In this document: one piece after another, positions 1-8,441 of the stretch
Layout: every line of letters starts with the position of its first letter
Numbering within the stretch: position 1 is the stretch's first letter
Assembly (NCBI GenBank): GCA_025839675.1
Contig: CP104013.1
Coordinates: 2,913,121-2,977,120, forward strand
Direction: 5' to 3'
Length of the DNA stretch: 64,000 nucleotides
DNA from: Candidatus Lokiarchaeum ossiferum
GTDB lineage: Archaea; Asgardarchaeota; Lokiarchaeia; Sigyniarchaeales; Promethearchaeaceae
Notes under the pieces: generated by a model
Told to the model about the DNA's origin: nothing
Databases searched by the model: none
What the model saw: the letters and a program-made list of their open reading frames with translations, nothing else
Translations under genes and position numbers: made by a program

Positions 1-124
1 TCAAAAAAAAGATCATCTAAAAAATGAAGAGGAAAGTCAGAAAATCAAAAACAAGTCTTTTTCATCTGAAAACAGTTCAATTATCACCCTAAACCAATCT
101 AAAAGCCCGTTCTTATTCCAAAAT

Positions 125-1276
125 TTGAAAAATTTTGAATCAACTATGGCAAATCAACTAAATCAATATTATCCTCACTACAACCCCCTTTTTGAGATAT
201 TAAATCATATTAAATTTCTAAATAATGGTGAAGATCGAGAGATAGCATTGAAAAAAAAACTAAATTTTTCAAATATTTTTATCCGATGTTTTGAAGGTCA
301 CGAACTACTTCCATTTCTATATACATTTAGTCAGATTGAAAACTTACCCTTCTATTATCTTGGTTTATCTGAAAAGACTGGAATGGATTTTTTCTCAAAT
401 TATGAAAAAAATGCAGAAGAAGTCATTAAATTTTTCCGAAATCTCATAAACCAATCATTTTTATTCGTTATTCCCTTGGAAGCTTTTGCTTTTGAATGGA
501 ATCACACAAATGAATCGAAAAATCGATCATCCAGCATTATTAATGAAAAACGAATTTTTTCCACGTGCCTCACACTTATTAATAACATTAGAACCCTTTG
601 TCCATTATCTACGATTGTAATCATTGATATCAGCAAGAATATTATTCCCATTGAATTTTTTTCAAATTTCGGTTCCAGTCTAAATATTATTTTACCAGAT
701 GCAGAAAGCCGCAGAAGATTTTTAGAATCCCTATTTTCCGATTCTCCAGAAGGGGCAATTGAAGGGGAACATTTGAGCCTGCAAATGAGAAATTGGAATT
801 ATGCTCATATTCGAAATCATATTCGTTATGCAAATCACTTGTTTCAAGCCCAACAATTTACCCAAAAAAAAAATAAGCAGCAATTCGATGATAATTATAT
901 TCTCGAAATGTTAGAAAACAATAGATTCTACAATCCACAAGCATTTTTAAGCGAAAAGACAACACTTAATGATGAATCTGGTCGATCTAATGCACATGAT
1001 AAATATAGAACAACTGAAAACGCTCAAATTCTTCAAACCATTAGTAATCAAACTCACTCTAATCTAGAATCCCAACTATACCAAGATGCAGCCTCGACTA
1101 ATTTTGAAGAATTATGCATTACAATCGATAAACTTGCCAAGGGATTAGTCTTACAACCTCAGGAACGCAAATTGTTAGCAAATCATGCTTTCATTATGCG
1201 GGATGACCCGAATAAGGCCCTTCAAAAATTAAATAAAGCCAAAAACGCAATTGATAAAATATTACATTTAGTATAA
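125..1276 (+). CDS. hypothetical protein, possibly a degenerate AAA-like pseudo-ATPase
   Basis: 383-aa uninterrupted ORF immediately upstream of smc. The segment 'NIILPDAESRRRFLESLF' resembles the AAA helix-2 insert / arginine-finger region, and 'TIVIIDISKN' resembles a Walker-B strand, but there is no intact GxxxxGK[ST] Walker A ('LGLSEKTGMDF'). Confidence 0.5.
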   Translation: MKNFESTMANQLNQYYPHYNPLFEILNHIKFLNNGEDREIALKKKLNFSNIFIRCFEGHELLPFLYTFSQIENLPFYYLGLSEKTGMDFFSNYEKNAEEVIKFFRNLINQSFLFVIPLEAFAFEWNHTNESKNRSSSIINEKRIFSTCLTLINNIRTLCPLSTIVIIDISKNIIPIEFFSNFGSSLNIILPDAESRRRFLESLFSDSPEGAIEGEHLSLQMRNWNYAHIRNHIRYANHLFQAQQFTQKKNKQQFDDNYILEMLENNRFYNPQAFLSEKTTLNDESGRSNAHDKYRTTENAQILQTISNQTHSNLESQLYQDAASTNFEELCITIDKLAKGLVLQPQERKLLANHAFIMRDDPNKALQKLNKAKNAIDKILHLV

Positions 1277-1305
1277 ACCAAATCTTTCCTTAGAGGTATC
1301 AAAAA

Positions 1306-4300
1306 ATGACCGAATCGAACGATATTCTTGCCTATCCAACTTCACAATCGGAAATACAGACGATTGAAAAAAATGAGGAGAAACAAGATATTTTAGGTCC
1401 GTCCTTCGATCAGGATTTAACCAAGGTAAAAAATGTAAAAATACACAAAATTATTCTGGAGAATTTTCTCTCGTTTGAGCACGATGAGGTGATTTTTGAT
1501 CCTGAATTCTCCATTATCACCGGTCCAAATGGTGCGGGAAAGAGCACCATTTATCAAGCCCTTAAATTTGTTTTAGGCTCCAATGATTATGACGGTCGTT
1601 ATGGAAAATGGGCCGATTTTATCAGGTCTGGAGCAAATTCAGCCTTAGTTCAAGTACATTTTGAGATAGACTCTCAACATTATATCATTCAACGTAGCGT
1701 AGAACGAAACAAAGCACCAACATTTGCAATTCAATATCCAAAAACCAAAAAAATTCAACGAACTAACGTTAAAACGATTCGAAATTTTTCACAGACCATC
1801 AGAATTGATCCCGATAACATTTTTTCTTTTATGTCACAAGGTAATATTGATTCAATCAAGGATTTCAAAGAGGAAACTTTATGCAATTTTGTAGAGGTAG
1901 GGATAGGGGTTGATATTTTACGCCATCAAATTTTGGATCAAAAACAGAAGATTGAAGCATTAGTGCGAGAAAACACAGTATTGCAAGCGCGAAAAGAGAA
2001 TTTAACGTATCAATTAGTTGAATTGGAGCCAAAATTAAAGAAACTTGAGAAAAAGAAAGAATTCCTTCAAAAACTGGATCTTTTAGAGGATGAATTATTA
2101 TGGAATCAGCGAAAAGAAATTTTACAAGCCATTCAAGAGAAGGAACAAGAAATTCTCCTCCAACAAACGCGGTGTACTAATATTGCTTTGGAAATCCAGA
2201 AACTAGAAGTAGAAGTAAGTGAGAAACAAACAAAAATTAATTCCGAAAACTCATTATTGGAACAGATTCAAACAGATTTAGCCACAAAGTCTGCCCGATT
2301 ACAAATTATTACAGATGAAATAACAAAAAAAACCACAGAAAAAAATAATATTGCAGAAAAAATTGAAGATTTAAGTAAGGAAATTGAACTTTATACATCC
2401 GATGCAAAAACTTGCGCAATTAAAATGGATGCGTCAAACAAACAGCTTGAGCAAATTGAAATTAAGATAAGCAATCATGAAAAAGAATTAAACACGTTTC
2501 AAGAAGAAGAACGTGAATTGAATAAAGAATTTCATACCCATCAAAAAATATTACTCGAGTACCAAGCCAAGACCTCCCAGAAACAAAATGAAATCCAACG
2601 GTTAGAAGAAATTACTAAAAGACATCAGGAATTAGAAGAAGAAATTGCCAGAAAAATTAAGGATATTAAAAAGATTAGAAACGACTTAGAAGCGTTTAGT
2701 TGGTTTATGAAAAATCCAAGATCCGATCTCCAATCTCGAATGATTGTGGTTTCTCAAAAATATGAATCTCAAATTACTCAAATCACTAACGACATTCAAG
2801 ATTTAGATAAGATTTACAAAGAGATAATTGAGAAAATCGAAAAAACAAAACATTCGGTGTACGATAAAGAAATGCCCAAACCCAAAGCAATTCAATCCAT
2901 GATGCAAGAAATTCGGGAGAGAAAATTACATTGTTTTGGACCCCTCATTGATTATATTTCCTTTGATGGATTATTTCAGAAAGCAATTGCATCAATATTT
3001 GGATCTCGTGTGTTAAATAGCTTCATAGCCAAGGATAATGAAACTTTTGCGCAATTGAAAAATATGGCTCAACGCTTTCGAGCTCAATGTAATATCTATT
3101 TGGAACGATCCAATCCCCTCCGGAAGCTTGCAGAACCACAAAATGCTGGGAAGAATGGTATTTTTGGATACATGGTAAACCAAATCGATTATTTAAATCC
3201 AGATATTGCGATTAAAAAAGTGATATATAGTGTCGCTAATCGAACGCTAATAGTTAAAGACCACATTACCGCTATAAATTTCGTTCAAAATTATAATTAT
3301 GACTCATGGATCGTCACCTTGGATGGAGAACAAATACGACCAAAGAAATTGGTGATTGAATCAAGACCTCATTTGACAAATAAAAACCAAATAAATTTTG
3401 CTAATGTGGCTCAAGCTAAACAATATTTAATCGAACTCAATGAAAAAGCAGAAATGAATCGGAAGGAAGTTAATCAACGCAAGCAGTTACAATTAGAAAA
3501 ACAGAATAAAAGGAAAATTCTCCAAACGAGATTAACCCAAATTGAAATGCTACTAACAAAATATAAGCTTCTCGAAATGGGTACTCTTCGGAAAAATAAA
3601 CTCATCTCTGAACGCGAAAAAGCATATCATAAGATGGAACTGGTGAAGGAAACTTGTGTAAATTTAGACTTGGAATTAGAGAAAATCAAATCGAATCTGC
3701 CCAAAGAAACCTTATCGGGACAAGAACGACTTGAAATACTCCCCCATTTAATCCAAAATTACCAAAACGAGCTGCAACAATATCAAAATACAAAAACAAA
3801 CTATAAGGAGGAACTCCAAAATCTTAAAATTGAGAAATCTACAATTGATACCAGTATATCCTTAAAAAATCAAGAAAAAGAAACTATTGAGACCAATTTA
3901 AAGAAGTTTGATGGTGAATTTTTTAACCTGTTTAAAGAAAACATGGGTTTAAAGACAGAAATAGATACCTTAAAGAAAGAAAAAACAAACCTTTCTCATC
4001 AACTCAAAGAATATATCCAATCCATTTCCATTTTGAATAAAGAAATAAGTACAAAAAATTTTGACAAGCTAAAAATTGACTTAAATATCGAAAAAATAAC
4101 GGAATTTATCTCAATCAATCAGCAAAAGTTGGACCAAATAGAACTAACATTTAAAGATAAAAAAACCCATTTTGTCCAAGATCGTTCCTTTCAAGAAATT
4201 GCCACCGATATTGCATTAATCAAGAAATTTATTAGTAATTATCGTGATATTGATGATTCTATTCTTGTATCAAAAGAAAAAATAGAAAATTCAATAACTC

Positions 4301-4857
4301 GGATCAATGAAAAGCGAGAAATGATTCACGAAGAAATTGATGCTGCCCAAGAAGCTGAAAAAGAATTAGAAGAAGCGTATTATGTAAAATTTGAGAAATC
4401 TATTATCATTTTAGAAGAAGCTATGAATAAGAAATTTTCTGTAGCTGAACTTAATTTCCGTGTACAGTTGAAGCTGAAAGGAGAAATAAAAAACTTAGGA
4501 CTCAATATCAATATTTTCTTTAAAATAGATGGAGAAGAAATGTCGTATCCATTAGCAGCTTTAAGCGGTGGGCAAAGATCCATGGTAGGAATATGTCTTA
4601 TGCTTTCCTTGAATCAGCTTAATCCTTCACCTCTTAATATTTATGATGAATGTGATATGTTTCTAGATGAAAAAAATGCTCAAACTGTTGCAAAACTTGT
4701 TTATCAACTCGCTCAATCTGGAGTTCAATTTGTCATCTTAATGCCTAGTAAAAATAAAACCCTATTACAACTAGCTAATAAAGTCATAGGTGTTAGTCGA
4801 AATGGTAAAAATGGACCTTCAACAGTCCATTACAGCCGACCAATGAAAAGGAGCTAG
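1306..4857 (+). CDS. smc: SMC (structural maintenance of chromosomes) ATPase
   Basis: 1183 aa. N-terminal Walker A 'ITGPNGAGKST', long coiled-coil arms rich in E/K/Q/L, central hinge-like segment ('GPLIDYISFDGLFQKAIASIFGSRVLNSFIAKDNETF...'), C-terminal ABC signature 'LSGGQRSMVGICLMLSL', and Walker B / D-loop 'IYDECDMFLDE'. Confidence 0.85.
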   Translation: MTESNDILAYPTSQSEIQTIEKNEEKQDILGPSFDQDLTKVKNVKIHKIILENFLSFEHDEVIFDPEFSIITGPNGAGKSTIYQALKFVLGSNDYDGRYGKWADFIRSGANSALVQVHFEIDSQHYIIQRSVERNKAPTFAIQYPKTKKIQRTNVKTIRNFSQTIRIDPDNIFSFMSQGNIDSIKDFKEETLCNFVEVGIGVDILRHQILDQKQKIEALVRENTVLQARKENLTYQLVELEPKLKKLEKKKEFLQKLDLLEDELLWNQRKEILQAIQEKEQEILLQQTRCTNIALEIQKLEVEVSEKQTKINSENSLLEQIQTDLATKSARLQIITDEITKKTTEKNNIAEKIEDLSKEIELYTSDAKTCAIKMDASNKQLEQIEIKISNHEKELNTFQEEERELNKEFHTHQKILLEYQAKTSQKQNEIQRLEEITKRHQELEEEIARKIKDIKKIRNDLEAFSWFMKNPRSDLQSRMIVVSQKYESQITQITNDIQDLDKIYKEIIEKIEKTKHSVYDKEMPKPKAIQSMMQEIRERKLHCFGPLIDYISFDGLFQKAIASIFGSRVLNSFIAKDNETFAQLKNMAQRFRAQCNIYLERSNPLRKLAEPQNAGKNGIFGYMVNQIDYLNPDIAIKKVIYSVANRTLIVKDHITAINFVQNYNYDSWIVTLDGEQIRPKKLVIESRPHLTNKNQINFANVAQAKQYLIELNEKAEMNRKEVNQRKQLQLEKQNKRKILQTRLTQIEMLLTKYKLLEMGTLRKNKLISEREKAYHKMELVKETCVNLDLELEKIKSNLPKETLSGQERLEILPHLIQNYQNELQQYQNTKTNYKEELQNLKIEKSTIDTSISLKNQEKETIETNLKKFDGEFFNLFKENMGLKTEIDTLKKEKTNLSHQLKEYIQSISILNKEISTKNFDKLKIDLNIEKITEFISINQQKLDQIELTFKDKKTHFVQDRSFQEIATDIALIKKFISNYRDIDDSILVSKEKIENSITRINEKREMIHEEIDAAQEAEKELEEAYYVKFEKSIIILEEAMNKKFSVAELNFRVQLKLKGEIKNLGLNINIFFKIDGEEMSYPLAALSGGQRSMVGICLMLSLNQLNPSPLNIYDECDMFLDEKNAQTVAKLVYQLAQSGVQFVILMPSKNKTLLQLANKVIGVSRNGKNGPSTVHYSRPMKRS

Positions 4858-4860
4858 AAA

Positions 4861-5523
4861 ATGCCGGATCTGTCGAATTTATTGGCGAAAACGACAAGAC
4901 TCAAAGATCGCATGGAAATGGACCATATTTCCCTCATTGAAGAAGATCTGAAATCGATTTTCATAGAATTGAAAGAATTAATATCTCCGAGTGATTTAGA
5001 TCTTGGGATTTCTGTCATGCAAAATGGTACATTGATGCTAGAACAAAAGATTGAAGAAGTGAAACGTTTCATCAATTATTTAACACAAAAGGATCAAATT
5101 TTTCAATTTATCACTTCAACTGCGACGGATCACCAACTAGCAACTATTTTATCACAAGTATGGCATGAACCCATTCAATTACCCTATTTATCAATGAATT
5201 ATCTCGTTGGAAATTGGGCAAAATTAGTAAGAGATAAAAAAATTCACCACACGAAATCAATTCAAGAGATTTCTCCGATTGAAAAGAAAACAGTGGGGAG
5301 TTTCACAGATTTTAGTGATCCCTTTGAAGAACAAATGTTAAGTTATTTAGATCGAATAAAGCCGATCTTACCTGCCACCATGGATGATATTTTAGGACAT
5401 TTTGATAATCCAGATAAATATTTCGAACAATTTTCATATATCCTTCATCTATTGCAAGAAGGATATCTTTACTTTAAAAAATCGACCCAACAATTTATAA
5501 AAGGTGAAATTCAAACTGAATGA
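4861..5523 (+). CDS. scpA: ScpA-like kleisin (segregation and condensation protein A) candidate
   Basis: 220-aa ORF starting 4 nt after the smc stop and overlapping the next gene (operon). C-terminal winged-helix-like segment 'FEQFSYILHLLQEGYLYF' resembles the ScpA C-terminus. The call rests on position plus weak motif similarity. Confidence 0.45.
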   Translation: MPDLSNLLAKTTRLKDRMEMDHISLIEEDLKSIFIELKELISPSDLDLGISVMQNGTLMLEQKIEEVKRFINYLTQKDQIFQFITSTATDHQLATILSQVWHEPIQLPYLSMNYLVGNWAKLVRDKKIHHTKSIQEISPIEKKTVGSFTDFSDPFEEQMLSYLDRIKPILPATMDDILGHFDNPDKYFEQFSYILHLLQEGYLYFKKSTQQFIKGEIQTE

Positions 5524-6067
5524 GTACGCTATTCTATTCCACTTACTATCCAGACAACAAAGTGACAATTCTTTACCCGGTAAAATACTAATTGGTTCCC
5601 ATTCAGAAGAATTAAAGGATAAATTAGGAATGAAAGGCAAAATTGGCCAAGATCAATATCAAAGATTATTAGAGCAGTTTGCAGAAAATATAAAACCTTT
5701 TGGATTAAAAATTCGCCAAAATCCGTTCAATCATTATTGGTATCTAACCCAAAACCATGATATTCAAAACTTATTCGCAGGAAATCCATTTTCTAATAAA
5801 ACACGGTTAGCCGCTACCTTTACGGTGATTCTTTCATTGTGCCTAATCAATTCAGGATCCACAGATCTGGGCACAATCCAAAAAGTACGGAAAAAAATGG
5901 ATATTCAGGGTGATGTGGAAGAATTATGTCAACTATATTTACTTAAACAGTCTGGAAATCAAGTTAAAATTCATGAAAACGTAGGATATTATCTTGATCT
6001 AGACCAATTTTCTCAATTCATGGAAACAGAAGCCTATCGAGCAGGAAATTTAAAGAAAGATCCCTAA
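5504..6067 (+). CDS. scpB: ScpB-like (segregation and condensation protein B) candidate
   Basis: 187 aa with two winged-helix-like halves. The second half, 'RLAATFTVILSLCLINSGSTDLGTIQKVRK...QVKIHENVGYYL', fits the ScpB pattern (L..LAiIAY.QP.T..EI..iRG). It is translationally coupled to the upstream gene. Confidence 0.5.
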   Translation: MKFKLNEYAILFHLLSRQQSDNSLPGKILIGSHSEELKDKLGMKGKIGQDQYQRLLEQFAENIKPFGLKIRQNPFNHYWYLTQNHDIQNLFAGNPFSNKTRLAATFTVILSLCLINSGSTDLGTIQKVRKKMDIQGDVEELCQLYLLKQSGNQVKIHENVGYYLDLDQFSQFMETEAYRAGNLKKDP

Positions 6068-6168
6068 TATTAATAACCATAAGGGGAGTAGTCATATTAT
6101 CTAGATAATATCGTAATAATTGACATGTTTTTTACAAAGACTAGAATATTTTTCGTTAGAGGATAACC

Positions 6169-6486
6169 TTGGGAATATTTACAAAGAAAAAACAATCTGG
6201 ACTCTCATCACGCTATAATAAAGAAGTACATATCAAACAAATTACGATTAATTCTCACCGTGACTTTACCGTTCTTCGTCACAATCTTCTGGATGGAAAC
6301 ATCATGATATGTAATTTAAAACCCCTAGTGCAAATAGCAAAAAAAGATCGTACGAATCAGGATTTGCATAATTCATTACAAAAAATTAAACATTATTGCA
6401 TTCAAAATGGGGCTATGGTCTCAAAATTAGAAGAGAGTTTACTACTTATTACACCTAATTCTGATTTCTTGATCAATTCAGTATAA
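6169..6486 (+). CDS. sepF: SepF-like cell-division protein (DUF552-like)
   Basis: 105 aa. 'IKQITINSHRDFTVLRHNLLDGNIMICNLKPLVQIAKKDRTNQDLHNSLQKIKHYCIQNGAMVSKLEESLLLITPNSDFLI' matches the SepF C-terminal domain pattern (i.v..p.s..d...i...l..G..vilNL..l......R..Dfl.G...a..G.i..i....fLl.P.nv.i). Confidence 0.5.
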   Translation: MGIFTKKKQSGLSSRYNKEVHIKQITINSHRDFTVLRHNLLDGNIMICNLKPLVQIAKKDRTNQDLHNSLQKIKHYCIQNGAMVSKLEESLLLITPNSDFLINSV

Positions 6487-6488
6487 TT

Positions 6489-6956
6489 TTACGACTTAAA
6501 TTTATCAAAGAGGGAACCTAAATCATTTTTTCCCAGATTTTCTAACACATCAATTAAATGATCGAGGGTGACGAACTTTTGAGACCAATCGGCTTCGTCC
6601 ACAGCTCGGATCAAACCGGGTTCAAAAATTGCGCAAGAATATTCCAATCCTTTTGTGCCAGCAATTTGCTTTGGTTCAATTCGAAGATTACTGGGATAAA
6701 ATTTATGCATTGTATCATCAAAAACTCGCCCTTGAACATCAAAATAGCGTGAAGTAGATTCATTAGATTTAACAATTCCAACCCCAACCGAAAATGTAAA
6801 AGAAGAATCGATATTCTGTTCTTGAATTACAATTGCTTCAGCATCATTTTGGGGAAATGGGGTAATTTTTGCTTTTTTTTTTAGAAGAGATTTAATATAT
6901 TTTATTTTAGTTAGTAAATTCATTTTTTTAGTTCCAATTTTATTTTTACAAATCAA
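6489..6956 (-). CDS. hypothetical protein
   Basis: 155-aa ORF convergent with the sepF-like gene; no recognisable motif. The true start may be an internal Met (MNLLTKIKY...). Confidence 0.4.
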   Translation of the reverse strand: MICKNKIGTKKMNLLTKIKYIKSLLKKKAKITPFPQNDAEAIVIQEQNIDSSFTFSVGVGIVKSNESTSRYFDVQGRVFDDTMHKFYPSNLRIEPKQIAGTKGLEYSCAIFEPGLIRAVDEADWSQKFVTLDHLIDVLENLGKNDLGSLFDKFKS

Positions 6957-7038
6957 TTAAAATTAAACTCGAATAAAGAAGTTATCAATAAATAAGCTTT
7001 TTAAATCCATACGACAAAATAAAACACTAGAGAAAAAA

Positions 7039-7296
7039 ATGCCAGAAACAGAAACTGGGACAGTCAAATGGTTTAGCCCGCGAAAAGGGTATGGGTTTAT
7101 TATTCGTGATAGTGTTGCCGAAGGAGAAGAAAATAAGGAGATATTCGTGCACTATTCTAAGGTAGAAATGGATGGATTCAAAACACTATTACCCGATCTT
7201 AGAGTTAGCTTTGAAATTTCACCAGGAAAAAGAGATGGAACAATAGAAGCGTCCAATGTAAAGATAATTCCACAAGAATTCAAAGAAACAAACTAA
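7039..7296 (+). CDS. csp: cold-shock domain protein
   Basis: 85 aa. 'GTVKWFSPRKGYGFI...EIFVHYSKVEMDGFKTLLPDLRVSFEISPGKRDGTIEASNV' carries the canonical CSD RNP1/RNP2-like motifs (KWFN.KGFGFI ... VFVH). Confidence 0.8.
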   Translation: MPETETGTVKWFSPRKGYGFIIRDSVAEGEENKEIFVHYSKVEMDGFKTLLPDLRVSFEISPGKRDGTIEASNVKIIPQEFKETN

Positions 7297-7334
7297 TTCT
7301 AAATCGTCTTAGTTATGAGGAAAAAAAGAACTAC

Positions 7335-8441
7335 TTATCTCTTTAAACGTTCAATAATAGCTGAAGTTAATATCAATTCGTATTTTAAAAAGTTATGACC
7401 ACCTCGCTGTGTTACTAACCAGTTTTCTATAGGAATTTCAGAAGCGGTAATGTTTTTTTTAAAGTTTATAGCTGATATTACTTTATCATTGAGAGAGTGG
7501 ATAAGAAAAAGGCTTTTCGCTGCATATTTTTGCCAATCAACGGTGGAAGTAAATTCTTTTTTCTTTTCTAAAATTTGTAATTCGGGAGAAATTTCTTTTT
7601 TTATTTTAGGAAGTGGATTAATAGGAACACCAAAAAAGGTGTATCGAAGCCAAAACCACCAATTTCGTTTGAAAGGAATAGGCGATGAGGGCATAACATC
7701 CGAATAATCTCCAATACATGCCACTGCAACGATCTTCTCGACACTTAATCCTTGAAATAGTAAACCTTGTTTGATTGATGCAACCGAACCTAAGGAAATT
7801 CCAACCAAATATATAGAGCGACCTTTGAATGCCTCATGATCTTGAAGAAAACGAATTATATCACCCAAGTCATGTGTGATTTCAACAAACTGATTATTTT
7901 TTCCTGCTTTACGCGAACCACTGACTCCTCGACAGTCATAAGCAATCACATCATAGCCAGCAAGAGCAATAGGAACTGTATAATGTCGAACATATTTTGA
8001 ATCATCGGAAAATCCATGAGAAAAAATCACAATGGGAGATTTTTGGGAAGTTCCATTCCAATGAAGTAATTCACCATTTAAAAATGACTCAATTTCTAAA
8101 TTTTCAGTAGGCTTTTCCATTTCCCAAGTGAGTGGGAAAAGAAAAGGAGTTATAGTCACATTGGGATGATTTACGTGTTTTCCGTACCATCGAAATTGCC
8201 AAAAATCACGCATTTCAAAATATAATGCCCAACATACCCACCATAGGATAAAAGTGAAGAGAGAAAGCAATAAATCTCCAACAATAGGGCCTTGATTCGA
8301 TTGAAATAACACATAATTTACATAAAAAATGAAACTTGCTAGGATTAAACCAAGAATAAATAACAAATAATGTTTAGGTCGTATGATCATGATTTTCTTC
8401 CTAAGATAAATTTCTTCCCAATGTCTCTTTAAATTTTGCAA
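7335..8441 (-). CDS. membrane-anchored alpha/beta-fold hydrolase
   Basis: 368 aa. Two N-terminal TM helices, then 'IFSHGFSDDS' (oxyanion HG) and nucleophile elbow 'VGISLGSVAS' (GxSxG). Its start overlaps the stop of the upstream methyltransferase-like gene by 41 nt. Confidence 0.7.
   Translation of the reverse strand: MQNLKRHWEEIYLRKKIMIIRPKHYLLFILGLILASFIFYVNYVLFQSNQGPIVGDLLLSLFTFILWWVCWALYFEMRDFWQFRWYGKHVNHPNVTITPFLFPLTWEMEKPTENLEIESFLNGELLHWNGTSQKSPIVIFSHGFSDDSKYVRHYTVPIALAGYDVIAYDCRGVSGSRKAGKNNQFVEITHDLGDIIRFLQDHEAFKGRSIYLVGISLGSVASIKQGLLFQGLSVEKIVAVACIGDYSDVMPSSPIPFKRNWWFWLRYTFFGVPINPLPKIKKEISPELQILEKKKEFTSTVDWQKYAAKSLFLIHSLNDKVISAINFKKNITASEIPIENWLVTQRGGHNFLKYELILTSAIIERLKR

Noticed and set aside
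4380-5075. Short antisense ORFs (4380..4583, 4854..5075) inside or overlapping the smc / scpA-like genes
   Set aside because: They lie entirely within or opposite strong coding regions, have low-complexity translations and no motifs. Likely spurious six-frame ORFs.
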